Positions 35,674 to 44,516 of a stretch of DNA of 64,000 nt are shown in pieces. The notes beneath the pieces were generated by a model, which ran no database searches, had not been told where the DNA came from, and worked only from the letters and a program-made list of their open reading frames with translations. Source of the DNA: Phycisphaerae bacterium. Lineage in GTDB: Bacteria; Planctomycetota; Phycisphaerae; UBA1845. The stretch is from the NCBI GenBank assembly GCA_022072505.1, contig JAJVHU010000022.1, positions 87,603-151,602 on the forward strand. The letters are read 5' to 3'. A program made the position numbers and the translations under genes. Position 1 is the stretch's first letter, and every line of letters starts with the position of its first letter.

Positions 35674-37308
35674 ATGCCGAAAATCATCATCGACACTAAG
35701 GAAATCCAGTCCCGCGACGGCATCCCCGTGCTTCAGGCGGCGCTCGAAGCCGGGTGGGATGTGCCGCACTATTGTTATCATCCGGGCCTTTCCATCGTGG
35801 CGTCGTGTCGTCTGTGCCTGATGGAGATGAAGATGCCCAACCCCAAGACCGGCGAGCTTTCCTGGGCGCCGAAGCTGGTGCCGAGTTGTCAGACGCCGGT
35901 GAAGGAGGGGATGGAGGTTCGCTTCGACTCGCCGGCGGTGAAGGACAACCAGAAGGACTGCATGGAGTATTTCCTGCTGAATCACCCGCTGGACTGTCCC
36001 GTCTGCGACCAGGCCGGCGAGTGTTATTTGCAGGATTACTCGTACAAGTTCGGGCACGCCGAGTCGCGGATGATCGATCCGAAGCTGAAAAACCCGAAGA
36101 AGGACATCGGCCCGAAGACGCTGCTTTACCAGGACCGTTGCGTCATGTGTACGCGCTGCGTGCGCTTCACGCACGAGGTGTCCGGGACGCACGAGCTTTG
36201 CGTCATCAATCGCGGGTCGCGCGCGGAGATCGACGTCTTCCCCGGTTTTCCGCTGGACAATCCGCTGCAGGGCAACGTCGTCGATGTCTGCCCCGTCGGA
36301 TCGCTGCTCGACAAGGATTTCCTCTTCAAGCGCCGCGTCTGGGAGCTGAGAAGCGCGGACTCGATCTGTCCGGGATGCGCGGCGGGGTGCGCGATCCGCA
36401 TCGACCACGCGGACGAGACGGTGTACCGCCTCAAGCCGCGCTTCAACCCGGAGGTCAACGACTGGTGGATGTGCGACGAGGGGCGGTTCGGGTGGAAGTA
36501 CGTCCACGATCCGAAGCGGATCACGTCGCCGATCGTGCGCCGCGGGATGGACACCCTGACGCCGGAGTGGAGCGAACTTCCGCGGATGGTGCGTTTCCGC
36601 TTCGAGGAGCACATGCAGGAGGAGGGCGGCAGGGGTCGGCGCATCGGGGCGGTGCTGTCGCCGTTCATGTCCTGCGAGGAGGCGTGGCTGCTGGCGAAGT
36701 TCATCCGCGAGGCGGACCCGCAGGCGGTGCTGGCGGTGGGGCCGACGCCTTATGAGGGGGAGGATCAGAAGTTCCCGGCGGGCGTGAACGGCGATGCGTC
36801 GAAGGTGAAGTTCACGATTCTGAAGGAGAAGGCGCCGAACCGGCGGGGCGTGGAGATGGTTCTGGCTGCGTCGGGAGGCGAGGCGGTCGATTTCGCGGCG
36901 TTTACGGCACGGGCCTTGAAGGGAGAGTTCAGCGCGGCGTGGATCGTGGGGGGCTATCCGAAGCCCTGGATCGAGGGCGACGCGGCGAAACTGGCGGCGC
37001 ATTTCCGGCTGCTCGTGGTCGCGGATATATTCCCGAATCCGCTGATGGACGGCGCGGCGATCGTGCTGCCCGCGTGTAGCTGGACGGAGCGGGAAGGGTC
37101 GTTCGTGAACGCGGACGGTCTGGTGCAGCCGTTTTCGCGGGCGATCCAGCCGCCGGAAGGCGCGCGGCGGGACGAACAGTTCTTGTTCGAGCTTGCGGGG
37201 TACGTGGGGCTGGCGAGCGGCGAGCGGATTCGGGAGTTGATGGCGGAGAAGATTCCGGCATTTGCGAGCGTGTACGTGCCGCCGGCGGTTCCGGAGCATG
37301 CGCATTAG
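35674..37308 (+). CDS. nuoG: NADH-quinone oxidoreductase subunit G (compact)
   Basis: CYHPGL...CRLC, HPLDCPVCDQAGEC, RCVMCTRCVRF, CPGCAAGC...C. Confidence 0.95.
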   Translation: MPKIIIDTKEIQSRDGIPVLQAALEAGWDVPHYCYHPGLSIVASCRLCLMEMKMPNPKTGELSWAPKLVPSCQTPVKEGMEVRFDSPAVKDNQKDCMEYFLLNHPLDCPVCDQAGECYLQDYSYKFGHAESRMIDPKLKNPKKDIGPKTLLYQDRCVMCTRCVRFTHEVSGTHELCVINRGSRAEIDVFPGFPLDNPLQGNVVDVCPVGSLLDKDFLFKRRVWELRSADSICPGCAAGCAIRIDHADETVYRLKPRFNPEVNDWWMCDEGRFGWKYVHDPKRITSPIVRRGMDTLTPEWSELPRMVRFRFEEHMQEEGGRGRRIGAVLSPFMSCEEAWLLAKFIREADPQAVLAVGPTPYEGEDQKFPAGVNGDASKVKFTILKEKAPNRRGVEMVLAASGGEAVDFAAFTARALKGEFSAAWIVGGYPKPWIEGDAAKLAAHFRLLVVADIFPNPLMDGAAIVLPACSWTEREGSFVNADGLVQPFSRAIQPPEGARRDEQFLFELAGYVGLASGERIRELMAEKIPAFASVYVPPAVPEHAH

Positions 37309-37316
37309 GGGATGTC

Positions 37317-37964
37317 ATGATGCAGCGAGACCCAGATTGGAAGTCTTCCCGCAGCGCTGGCGTCCGCACGCCGCCCGCGCCGCCGTCGACCTTCGAGGAG
37401 TTTTTCGAGTGGCTTGATGAGGAAACGCGCGCCGAGTGGGTCGAAGGAGAAGTCGTCCTTATGAGCCCCAGCAACTGGCCGCACCAGGATCTGACCTTGT
37501 GGCTGGCGGCGCTTATGCGCTTTTTCGTGGATCGTCACCGCCTTGGAAAAGTGGTTTCCGCGCCTTTTCAGATCAAGCTTCCCGGGCCACAAGGGTCGTC
37601 GCGCGAGCCGGACATCCTGTTTATCGCTCAGGAGAATCCGGGAGAGCTTCGTCGCACGTTGTTCCTCGGCGCGCCCGATCTGGCGGTTGAAGTCGTCAGT
37701 CCGGACAGCGTTGAGCGGGATCACGTTGAGAAATTCAACGAATACGAACGAGCGGGTGTGCGTGAATACTGGGTGATCGACCCGGACGAGCGACGGGCGG
37801 ACTTCTTCGTGTTGAACGACGAGGGGCACTACCTGGCGGTTTCGACTGTCAGCGGGTGGTTTACAAGCGTCGTTTTCCCCGGCTTCAGTCTGAACGTAGA
37901 GTGGTTTTTTTGCGATCCTTTGCCGGCCGTGCCCGAGGTTCTCAAAGCGATGGGTTTGATCTGA
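37317..37964 (+). CDS. Uma2-family endonuclease
   Basis: EWVEGEVVLMSP, EPDILF, APDLAVEVVSP, GVREYWVIDP. Confidence 0.9.
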   Translation: MMQRDPDWKSSRSAGVRTPPAPPSTFEEFFEWLDEETRAEWVEGEVVLMSPSNWPHQDLTLWLAALMRFFVDRHRLGKVVSAPFQIKLPGPQGSSREPDILFIAQENPGELRRTLFLGAPDLAVEVVSPDSVERDHVEKFNEYERAGVREYWVIDPDERRADFFVLNDEGHYLAVSTVSGWFTSVVFPGFSLNVEWFFCDPLPAVPEVLKAMGLI

Positions 37965-37981
37965 AGCGGTAATGACGACCC

Positions 37982-39232
37982 GTGGCGGATTTTCTCACCA
38001 GTCAATTCGGGTTCAGTCTCGTCCTGGCGGTGGTCGTCTTCGCGGCGATCCAGGGCGCGGTGGCGTATTGCATTTACTACGAGCGGAAGATCGCGGCGTG
38101 GACGCAGGACCGGTACGGTCCGAACCGCGCGGGTCCGCTGGGGCTGCTGCAGCCGATCGCGGACGGGCTGAAGTTCGTTTTCAAAGAGGACTACATTCCG
38201 GGGCACGTGGACAAGGTTTTGTTCGTGCTGGCGCCCGGGATCATGTTCGTGGTGTGCGGGATCGGGTTTCTGATCCTGCCGTGGGGCGGGCGGCTGGATG
38301 CCTCGACGATCCCCTGGCTGGGGTCGCACCTTCAGCCGGGCGAGCGGATGCTGGACGTGCAGGTCGTCAGCCTGAACGTGGGGCTGCTGTACCTTCTGGC
38401 GGTGATGTCGATGTCGGTCTACGGGGTGGTGCTGGGGGGCTGGTCGAGCAACAACAAGTACTCGTTCTACGGGGCGATGCGGGCGTGCGCGCAGATGCTG
38501 GCGTACGAGATTCCGATGGGTCTGACGATCCTGGTCGTGGTGCTGACGATGGGGACGCTGCGGCTGGAGGAGATCGTCGCGGATCAGGCGGCGAGCGGGG
38601 TGTGGAACGTAGCGCGGCATCCGCTGGCGGCGCTGATTCTTTTCATCACGGCGCTGGCGGAGGCGAACCGGGCGCCGTTCGACCTGGCGGAAGCGGAGCA
38701 GGAGCTGGTGGGGGGGTATCACACGGAGTACGGGGCGCTGAAGTTCGGGCTGTTTTTCCTGGGCGAATACGCGTCGATGATCACGACGAGCGCGCTGGTG
38801 GTGGTGCTGTTCCTCGGGGGGTGGCACGTCTGGTTCGTTCCGGCGCTGACGATGGAGGCGACGTCGTGGTGGGCGGTGCTGGCGAAGATGGCGGTGATCG
38901 CGGTGAAGGTCGCCGTGCTGATCTTCGTGTACATGTGGATCCGGTGGTCGCTGCCGCGGTTCCGGTTTGACCAACTGATGCGGCTGGCGTGGAAGAGCCT
39001 GGTTCCGATGTCACTGGGGTTGTTCGCGGCGTCGGCGGGGCTGCTGTATTTCGGGTTGCACCGATCGATTCCGGCGTGCCTTGCGGTGAACGGCGTCGTG
39101 TTGGCGGGGGCGGTGGCGGTGGCGTCGCGGGGACGAACGCCGATCACGGGGCGGCAGGCGAACCTGCGGCGTAGAGAGGCTGCGACGGATTCCGTCGGCA
39201 TCGGCGATGGCGCGAGGTTCGCGGAATCCTAA
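37982..39232 (+). CDS. nuoH: NADH-quinone oxidoreductase subunit H
   Basis: ERKIAAWTQDRYGPNR, QPIADGLK, RAPFDLAEAEQEL. Confidence 0.97.
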   Translation: MADFLTSQFGFSLVLAVVVFAAIQGAVAYCIYYERKIAAWTQDRYGPNRAGPLGLLQPIADGLKFVFKEDYIPGHVDKVLFVLAPGIMFVVCGIGFLILPWGGRLDASTIPWLGSHLQPGERMLDVQVVSLNVGLLYLLAVMSMSVYGVVLGGWSSNNKYSFYGAMRACAQMLAYEIPMGLTILVVVLTMGTLRLEEIVADQAASGVWNVARHPLAALILFITALAEANRAPFDLAEAEQELVGGYHTEYGALKFGLFFLGEYASMITTSALVVVLFLGGWHVWFVPALTMEATSWWAVLAKMAVIAVKVAVLIFVYMWIRWSLPRFRFDQLMRLAWKSLVPMSLGLFAASAGLLYFGLHRSIPACLAVNGVVLAGAVAVASRGRTPITGRQANLRRREAATDSVGIGDGARFAES

Positions 39233-39256
39233 GCGCCGGGATGATCGAGTGAGACG

Positions 39257-39847
39257 ATGTCATTCACCGCGTACGTGGAAGCCATGAATCGCGTCCAGGA
39301 ACGGTTGATGTCCGTCACGGCGGCGTTGAACCGCGCCGGAGTTCGGTATGCGGTGGTGGGGGGCAACGCCGTGGCGAGCTGGATCGCCCGTTACAACCCG
39401 TCGGCGACGCGCACGACGAAGGACGTGGACATCCTCGTCCGCAAGGATGACGAGCCCGCGGTATCCGCCGTGATGGAGCGCATCGGTTATCTTCGTGAAG
39501 ACTTGCGCGGTTGGGTCATCTTTCTTGACCCGGCTGAACCGGATCGTCGTGCGGGCGTTCGCTTGATCTGGGCGGATCAGAAGGTTCGGCCGTCGAGCGT
39601 CGCGGCGGCGCCGTCGGTTGACGAGGCCGTTCCGGGTCCGGAGGGTTTCTGGGTGCTGGATCTGCCCGCGCTGGTGAGGATGAAGCTGACGGCGTTTCGA
39701 GACCTGGACCGGGTTCACCTGACGGACATGCTCCGCGAAGGTTTGATCGCTGAGTCGGTTCGGGATTCGCTTGAGCCCGAATTGCGGAATCGCCTTGACG
39801 ACGTGGAGCGCAGGGCACGGGAGACTGAACTTCCGGGATGGGATTGA
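39257..39847 (+). CDS. Nucleotidyltransferase-fold protein (paralogue of 24845)
   Basis: YAVVGGNAV ... RTTKDVDILV ... MKLTAFRDLDRVHL. Confidence 0.7.
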   Translation: MSFTAYVEAMNRVQERLMSVTAALNRAGVRYAVVGGNAVASWIARYNPSATRTTKDVDILVRKDDEPAVSAVMERIGYLREDLRGWVIFLDPAEPDRRAGVRLIWADQKVRPSSVAAAPSVDEAVPGPEGFWVLDLPALVRMKLTAFRDLDRVHLTDMLREGLIAESVRDSLEPELRNRLDDVERRARETELPGWD

Positions 39848-39861
39848 GGGGCGGTTGAACG

Positions 39862-40545
39862 ATGTTGCGTGACGAGGACATCATCAAGATCGAAGCGCCG
39901 GTTCTGTCGGCGGGGGAGCGGTTGTTTCTTCCGGCGATTCTCGGGGGCATGAAGACGACGCTGCGGCACATGTTCGCGCTGAAGCAGCGGCGGACGGTGC
40001 AGTATCCCGAGGAAAAGCGCAAGCTGCGCGTCGAGAATTACCGGGGGGTCCATCGGCTGAACCGGGATCACGACGGGCGGGTGGCGTGCGTGGCGTGCTA
40101 CATGTGCTCGACGGCGTGTCCGGCGCACTGCATTCACATCGAGGCGGGGGAGTCGCCGTGGTCTGACCGGGAGAAGTACCCGGTCAAGTTCGACATCGAC
40201 GAGTTGCGGTGCATCTACTGCGGCATGTGCGAGGAGGCATGTCCGGTGGACGCGATCGAGCTGACGCCGGATTACTCGCTGGTGGGGCGGACGCGCGACG
40301 AGATGATCCTCGGCAAGGAGGAGCTGCTGGCGGTGTTCGACGCGACCCGGCAGATCAAGCCACGGAAGGATCCGCCCATCACGGGGTATCCGAATTCAGG
40401 GCGCGCGAGCGTGGGTCGCGTCGAAACGGTCATGTCCGGAACCGCGGAAGCGGCGCAGGACCACGCGGTGCGGGACGGGAACACGGCGGCGGGCGGGGCG
40501 GGTGATGCGCACAGCGGCGGCGCGGGCGGTGACGGACACGCATGA
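39862..40545 (+). CDS. nuoI: NADH-quinone oxidoreductase subunit I
   Basis: [12 protein letters not shown] and [12 protein letters not shown]. Confidence 0.97.
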   Translation: MLRDEDIIKIEAPVLSAGERLFLPAILGGMKTTLRHMFALKQRRTVQYPEEKRKLRVENYRGVHRLNRDHDGRVACVACYMCSTACPAHCIHIEAGESPWSDREKYPVKFDIDELRCIYCGMCEEACPVDAIELTPDYSLVGRTRDEMILGKEELLAVFDATRQIKPRKDPPITGYPNSGRASVGRVETVMSGTAEAAQDHAVRDGNTAAGGAGDAHSGGAGGDGHA

Positions 40546-41378
40546 CTCCCGCGGCGCTTTACACGTTGTATGCGGCGTTCGTGCTGGGGGGCGCGGGCTT
40601 GTATTTTCTTCTGCCGAACCCGGACCGGGGCAAGCCGCTCGCCGGGGCGGCGCTGGGCGCGCTCGGGCTGGCGGCGCTGATCGTCGCGTGGGCGCTGGTC
40701 GGCGACGCGGGAACCGGCGCGGCGTTCTACGCGCTGGGGGGGGTGGCGGTGCTTTGCACGGTCCGGGTGATCACGCACCCGAAGCCGGTGTACTCGGCCT
40801 TGTATTTCGTAGTGACGGTGCTGGCGGTGGCGGCGTTGTGCGTGCTTCAGGGTGCGGAGTTTCTGGCGGCGGCGCTGGTCATCATCTACGCGGGGGCGAT
40901 CCTGGTGACGTACGTTTTCGTCATCATGCTGGCGCAGCAGTCGGGACCGTCGTCGGCGGACCGGCGATCGCGCGAGCCGTTCCTGTCGGTTTGCGCGGGG
41001 TTCGTGACGATGGCGGTGATCACGGTGCATGCGTCGAAGGCGCTGGAGTCGAACGCCGCCGCCGCGGGGCGGGGTCGCGCGGAGGCGAGGTTGGCGTCCG
41101 CGGTTACGGAGGCCGGCGCGCCGGCGGGGATCGCGGAGGATGGAGCAACGCTGTCGGACGACGGGGCGAAGCGGTCCGCGGCGACGCCGGGGAACGCGAT
41201 GGCGCTGGGCGGCGCGGTGATGACGCGGTACATGGCGGCGTTGCAACTGTCGGGGCTGCTGCTGCTGATCGCGATGGTCGGGGCGGTGGCGATGTCGCGG
41301 AAGCGCGTGCCGCAGGAAGGCGCGGTCGCGCCGAGGGCGCCGCTGGGGCAGGCGGGGCGCGAAGTGCCTCCGTATTGA
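40542..41378 (+). CDS. nuoJ: NADH-quinone oxidoreductase subunit J
   Basis: [30 protein letters not shown]. Confidence 0.93.
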   Translation: MTPAALYTLYAAFVLGGAGLYFLLPNPDRGKPLAGAALGALGLAALIVAWALVGDAGTGAAFYALGGVAVLCTVRVITHPKPVYSALYFVVTVLAVAALCVLQGAEFLAAALVIIYAGAILVTYVFVIMLAQQSGPSSADRRSREPFLSVCAGFVTMAVITVHASKALESNAAAAGRGRAEARLASAVTEAGAPAGIAEDGATLSDDGAKRSAATPGNAMALGGAVMTRYMAALQLSGLLLLIAMVGAVAMSRKRVPQEGAVAPRAPLGQAGREVPPY

Positions 41379-41420
41379 CGGGCGGGTGGGGGCGGGCGCG
41401 GTTTTGTCGAAAGAGCCACG

Positions 41421-41723
41421 ATGCCGGGAACGACGGAGTACGTGATCCTAGGGGCCTGCCTCTTCGCGCTGGGGATGGCGGGGTTTTTCGCGCGGCGGAA
41501 CCTCATCGTGATGTTCCTCTGCACGGAGATCATGTTTCAGGGCGTGGTGCTGACGGTGGTGGGGTTCTCGAAGTTGTGGGCGAATCTCGACGGGCAGGCG
41601 TACGCGCTGTTCCTGCTGGTGATCGCGGCGGTGGAGGCGGGACTGGCGCTGGGGCTTGTCGTGTTGCTTTACCGTCGCCGGGGGACACTGGACGCGGAAG
41701 CGTGGTCGGTGATGAGAGGATAA
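41421..41723 (+). CDS. nuoK: NADH-quinone oxidoreductase subunit K
   Basis: RRNLIVMFLCTE, IAAVEAGLAL. Confidence 0.95.
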   Translation: MPGTTEYVILGACLFALGMAGFFARRNLIVMFLCTEIMFQGVVLTVVGFSKLWANLDGQAYALFLLVIAAVEAGLALGLVVLLYRRRGTLDAEAWSVMRG

Positions 41724-41830
41724 TTGCGAGGGGCGAACAACGAATGCGCGTGCTTCGGCTGCGGAGAGGCTGTTTCGGGGGTGGGGAGCGCTTCCTTGCT
41801 GCTTCAAACTGTCGGAGGAGAGCGAGAGAA

Positions 41831-42170
41831 GAGCGCTTCCTGACGGGCGCGGCTCGGTTGTGCGGAAGCGCGTGAAGGAAGAGCGCTTCCTGACGGGCGC
41901 GGCTCGGTTGTGCGGAAGCGCGTGAAGGAAGAGCGCTTCCTGACGGGCGCGGCTCGGTTGTGCGGAAGCGCGTGAAGGAAGAACGCTTCCTGACGGGCGC
42001 GGCTCGGTTGTGCGGAAGCGCGTGAAGGAAGAACGCTTCCTGACGGGCGCGGCTCGGTTGTGCGGAAGCGCGTGAAGGAAGAGCGCTTCCTGACGGGCGC
42101 GGCTCGGTTGTGCGGAAGCGCGTGAAGGAAGAGCGCTTCCTGACGGGCGCGGCTCGGTTGTGCGGCAGCG
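41831..42170. repeat. Tandem array of a 50-bp REP-containing unit (6 full + 1 partial)
   Basis: GA(G/A)CGCTTCCTGACGGGCGCGGCTCGGTTGTGCGGAAGCGCGTGAAGGAA; reverse complement of the 9276/16594 core. Confidence 0.97.
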
Positions 42171-42191
42171 TCTTATCAACGACCGTCATAT

Positions 42192-44387
42192 ATGGACCTG
42201 GGTTTACTGAAGATTCTGGGGATCGTCATTCTGCTGGCGCCGCTGGGCGCGGCTGCGGTTTGCGGCGCGCTGGGACCGCGGCGGCTGCGGGATCGAACGC
42301 ACTGGGTGAGCATCCTGGGGGTGGGGTCGGCGGCGGTTGCGGCGCTGGTTCTGCTTCTGCACGTGGCAAGCCACGGGAGCGGAGAGGCTTCGACACACGG
42401 GGGGACGCATGCCGCGGTCGGGGCGACGATTCCGGTGTACGACTGGATTCCGACCGGCGTTGCAGGGGGACGTGCGGCAGGGGCGGTGGATGAGGACGGG
42501 CAGGTCGGAGACCTGTCCTACCAGGACAAGCAGGTCGGAGACCTGCTCCACCAGGACGGGCAGGTCGGAGACCGGTCCTACCAGGACAAGCAGGTCGGAG
42601 ACCTGCTCCACCAGGACAGGCAGGTCGGAGACCTGCCCTACCGATGGTTTCGCGTCGAGTTTCTGGTGGATCCGCTGACGGCGATCATGCTGGCGACGGT
42701 GACGTGCATTGCGCTGCTGATCGTCATCTACTCCCGGGATTACATGCGACATCACGATCACGCGGAGCGCGGGTACGAGCGGTTTTTCGCGTATCTGGCG
42801 CTTTTTGTGTTTTCGATGTGCGCGCTGGTGCTGGGGGGGAACTTCCTGCTGCTGTATCTGGGGTGGGAGGCGGTGGGCCTGTGCAGCTACCTGCTGATCG
42901 GATTCTACTACGGCAAGCCCTCGGCGGCGGCGGCGGCGAAGAAGGCGTTCCTGGTCAACCGGGTGGGGGACTTCGGGTTCGGGCTGGGGATCCTGCTGAT
43001 CTACCTGACGTTCGGCACGCTCAGCTACGCCGACGTGTTCGACATGATCGCGCGGAACGTGGACGCGACGGGGGCGGCGCTGGAGACGTCGAAGCTGACG
43101 ACGATCGCGCTGCTGCTGTTCTGCGGGGCGGCGGGGAAGAGCGCGCAGATTCCGCTGTATGTCTGGCTGCCGGACGCGATGGAGGGTCCGTCGCCGGTGT
43201 CGGCGCTGATTCACGCGGCGACGATGGTGACGGCCGGCGTGTACATGATCGCGCGGTGCGGGGCGATCTTCGTGCATTCTGAAACGGCGATGCTGGCGGT
43301 GGCGGTGGTCGGGGCCTGCACCGCGCTGTTTGCGGCGACGATCGCGCTGGTTCAGACGGACATGAAGCGGATTCTGGCGTACTCGACGATCAGCCAGCTC
43401 GGCTACATGTTCCTTGCGCTGGGGGTGTACGCGGCGGATTCGGCGGTGTTTCACTTGTTTACGCACGCGTTCTTCAAGGCGCTGCTGTTTCTGGGCGCGG
43501 GCAGCGTGATGCACGCGATGGGGGGCGTGATCGACGTGCGGCAGTTCGGCGGTCTGCGCCGGGTGCTGCCGAAGACGTGCGTGCTGGTGGTGATCGGGTC
43601 GCTGGCGCTGGCGGGGTTCCCGATGTTGTCGGGGTTTTTCAGCAAGGACGAGATTCTGCATCACGCGCTGCACGTGCATCCGGTCCTGGGGGCGATGGGG
43701 CTGGCGACGGCGGTGCTGACGGCGTTTTACACGTTCCGGATGGTGTTTCTGGCGTTCGCCGGTCCGCCGCGCGTGCCGGAAGGCGTGCATCCGCATGAGT
43801 CCGGGGGGTGGATGATCGGGCCGATGAGCGTGCTGGCGGTCGGGGCGGTGCTGGTCGGATACCTCGGCGTCGGGTTCACGGGGAAGCCGTTTCACACGTT
43901 TCTTGAGCCGGTCATCGCCAACACGTTCCTCGCGGCCGGACCGAACGCCGCGGGAGCGCATGCGGCGGGCGGCGAGGCGGTCGGTCATGCGGCATCCGGG
44001 GGGTTTCTGGCGGAATACGGGCTGATGATTCTGTCGGGGGGGCTTTCGGTGCTGGCGATCCTGGCGGCGTACGTGGTGTACGCGAAAGCGCCGTGGATGG
44101 CGGCGACGGCGCGGGCGACGTTTCCGCGGGCGCATGACGTGTTGTGGAACAAGTATCGCGTGGATGAAGCGTATGACCGGATGATCGTGCAGCCGCTGCG
44201 GTCGCTGGGGCGGGTTTGCTTTTACCTGGATGAGTACCTGGTTGACGGGATCATCTGGGTCATCTCGTTCGTTCCGCAGGCGCTGGGGTACGGGGCGCGG
44301 GGGGTGCAGCGCGGGGCGCTTCAGGGATACGGGCTGGCGATGGGGGTAGGGCTGGCGATCGTGGTGACGGTGGTGTTGACGTGGTAG
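42192..44387 (+). CDS. nuoL: NADH-quinone oxidoreductase subunit L with in-frame repeat insertion
   Basis: WEAVGLCSYLLIGF, GKSAQIPL..WLPDAMEGP, RILAYSTISQLG. Confidence 0.97.
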   Translation: MDLGLLKILGIVILLAPLGAAAVCGALGPRRLRDRTHWVSILGVGSAAVAALVLLLHVASHGSGEASTHGGTHAAVGATIPVYDWIPTGVAGGRAAGAVDEDGQVGDLSYQDKQVGDLLHQDGQVGDRSYQDKQVGDLLHQDRQVGDLPYRWFRVEFLVDPLTAIMLATVTCIALLIVIYSRDYMRHHDHAERGYERFFAYLALFVFSMCALVLGGNFLLLYLGWEAVGLCSYLLIGFYYGKPSAAAAAKKAFLVNRVGDFGFGLGILLIYLTFGTLSYADVFDMIARNVDATGAALETSKLTTIALLLFCGAAGKSAQIPLYVWLPDAMEGPSPVSALIHAATMVTAGVYMIARCGAIFVHSETAMLAVAVVGACTALFAATIALVQTDMKRILAYSTISQLGYMFLALGVYAADSAVFHLFTHAFFKALLFLGAGSVMHAMGGVIDVRQFGGLRRVLPKTCVLVVIGSLALAGFPMLSGFFSKDEILHHALHVHPVLGAMGLATAVLTAFYTFRMVFLAFAGPPRVPEGVHPHESGGWMIGPMSVLAVGAVLVGYLGVGFTGKPFHTFLEPVIANTFLAAGPNAAGAHAAGGEAVGHAASGGFLAEYGLMILSGGLSVLAILAAYVVYAKAPWMAATARATFPRAHDVLWNKYRVDEAYDRMIVQPLRSLGRVCFYLDEYLVDGIIWVISFVPQALGYGARGVQRGALQGYGLAMGVGLAIVVTVVLTW
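42495..42644 (+). repeat. Five 30-bp palindromic units inside nuoL
   Basis: Each has CAGGTC-GGA-GACCTG (one GACCGG); encodes (D.QVGD...Q) x5. Confidence 0.97.
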
Positions 44388-44389
44388 GG

Positions 44390-44424
44390 GAATGACGAAT
44401 TGCGAATGTTGAATAACGAATTGT
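44390..44424 (+). repeat. GAAT-nnn heptamer repeat x5 between nuoL and nuoM
   Basis: GAATGAC GAATTGC GAATGTT GAATAAC GAATTGT. Confidence 0.75.
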
Positions 44425-44516
44425 GAGGGTGACGCGAGACCAACGTCGAGTGAAGGGGGTGACGTTTTGCGGCGGATGCCGGTTGTCCGTGGGTCGCGGC
44501 TAACTCAGAGCGCTGA

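Noticed and set aside
35674-37308. Truncated nuoG
   Set aside because: All Fe-S motifs are present and the ORF ends coherently; compact NuoG forms are plausible, no sign of breakage.
41831-42170. CRISPR array
   Set aside because: Units are contiguous 50-bp tandem copies with no unique spacers and no cas genes in the window.
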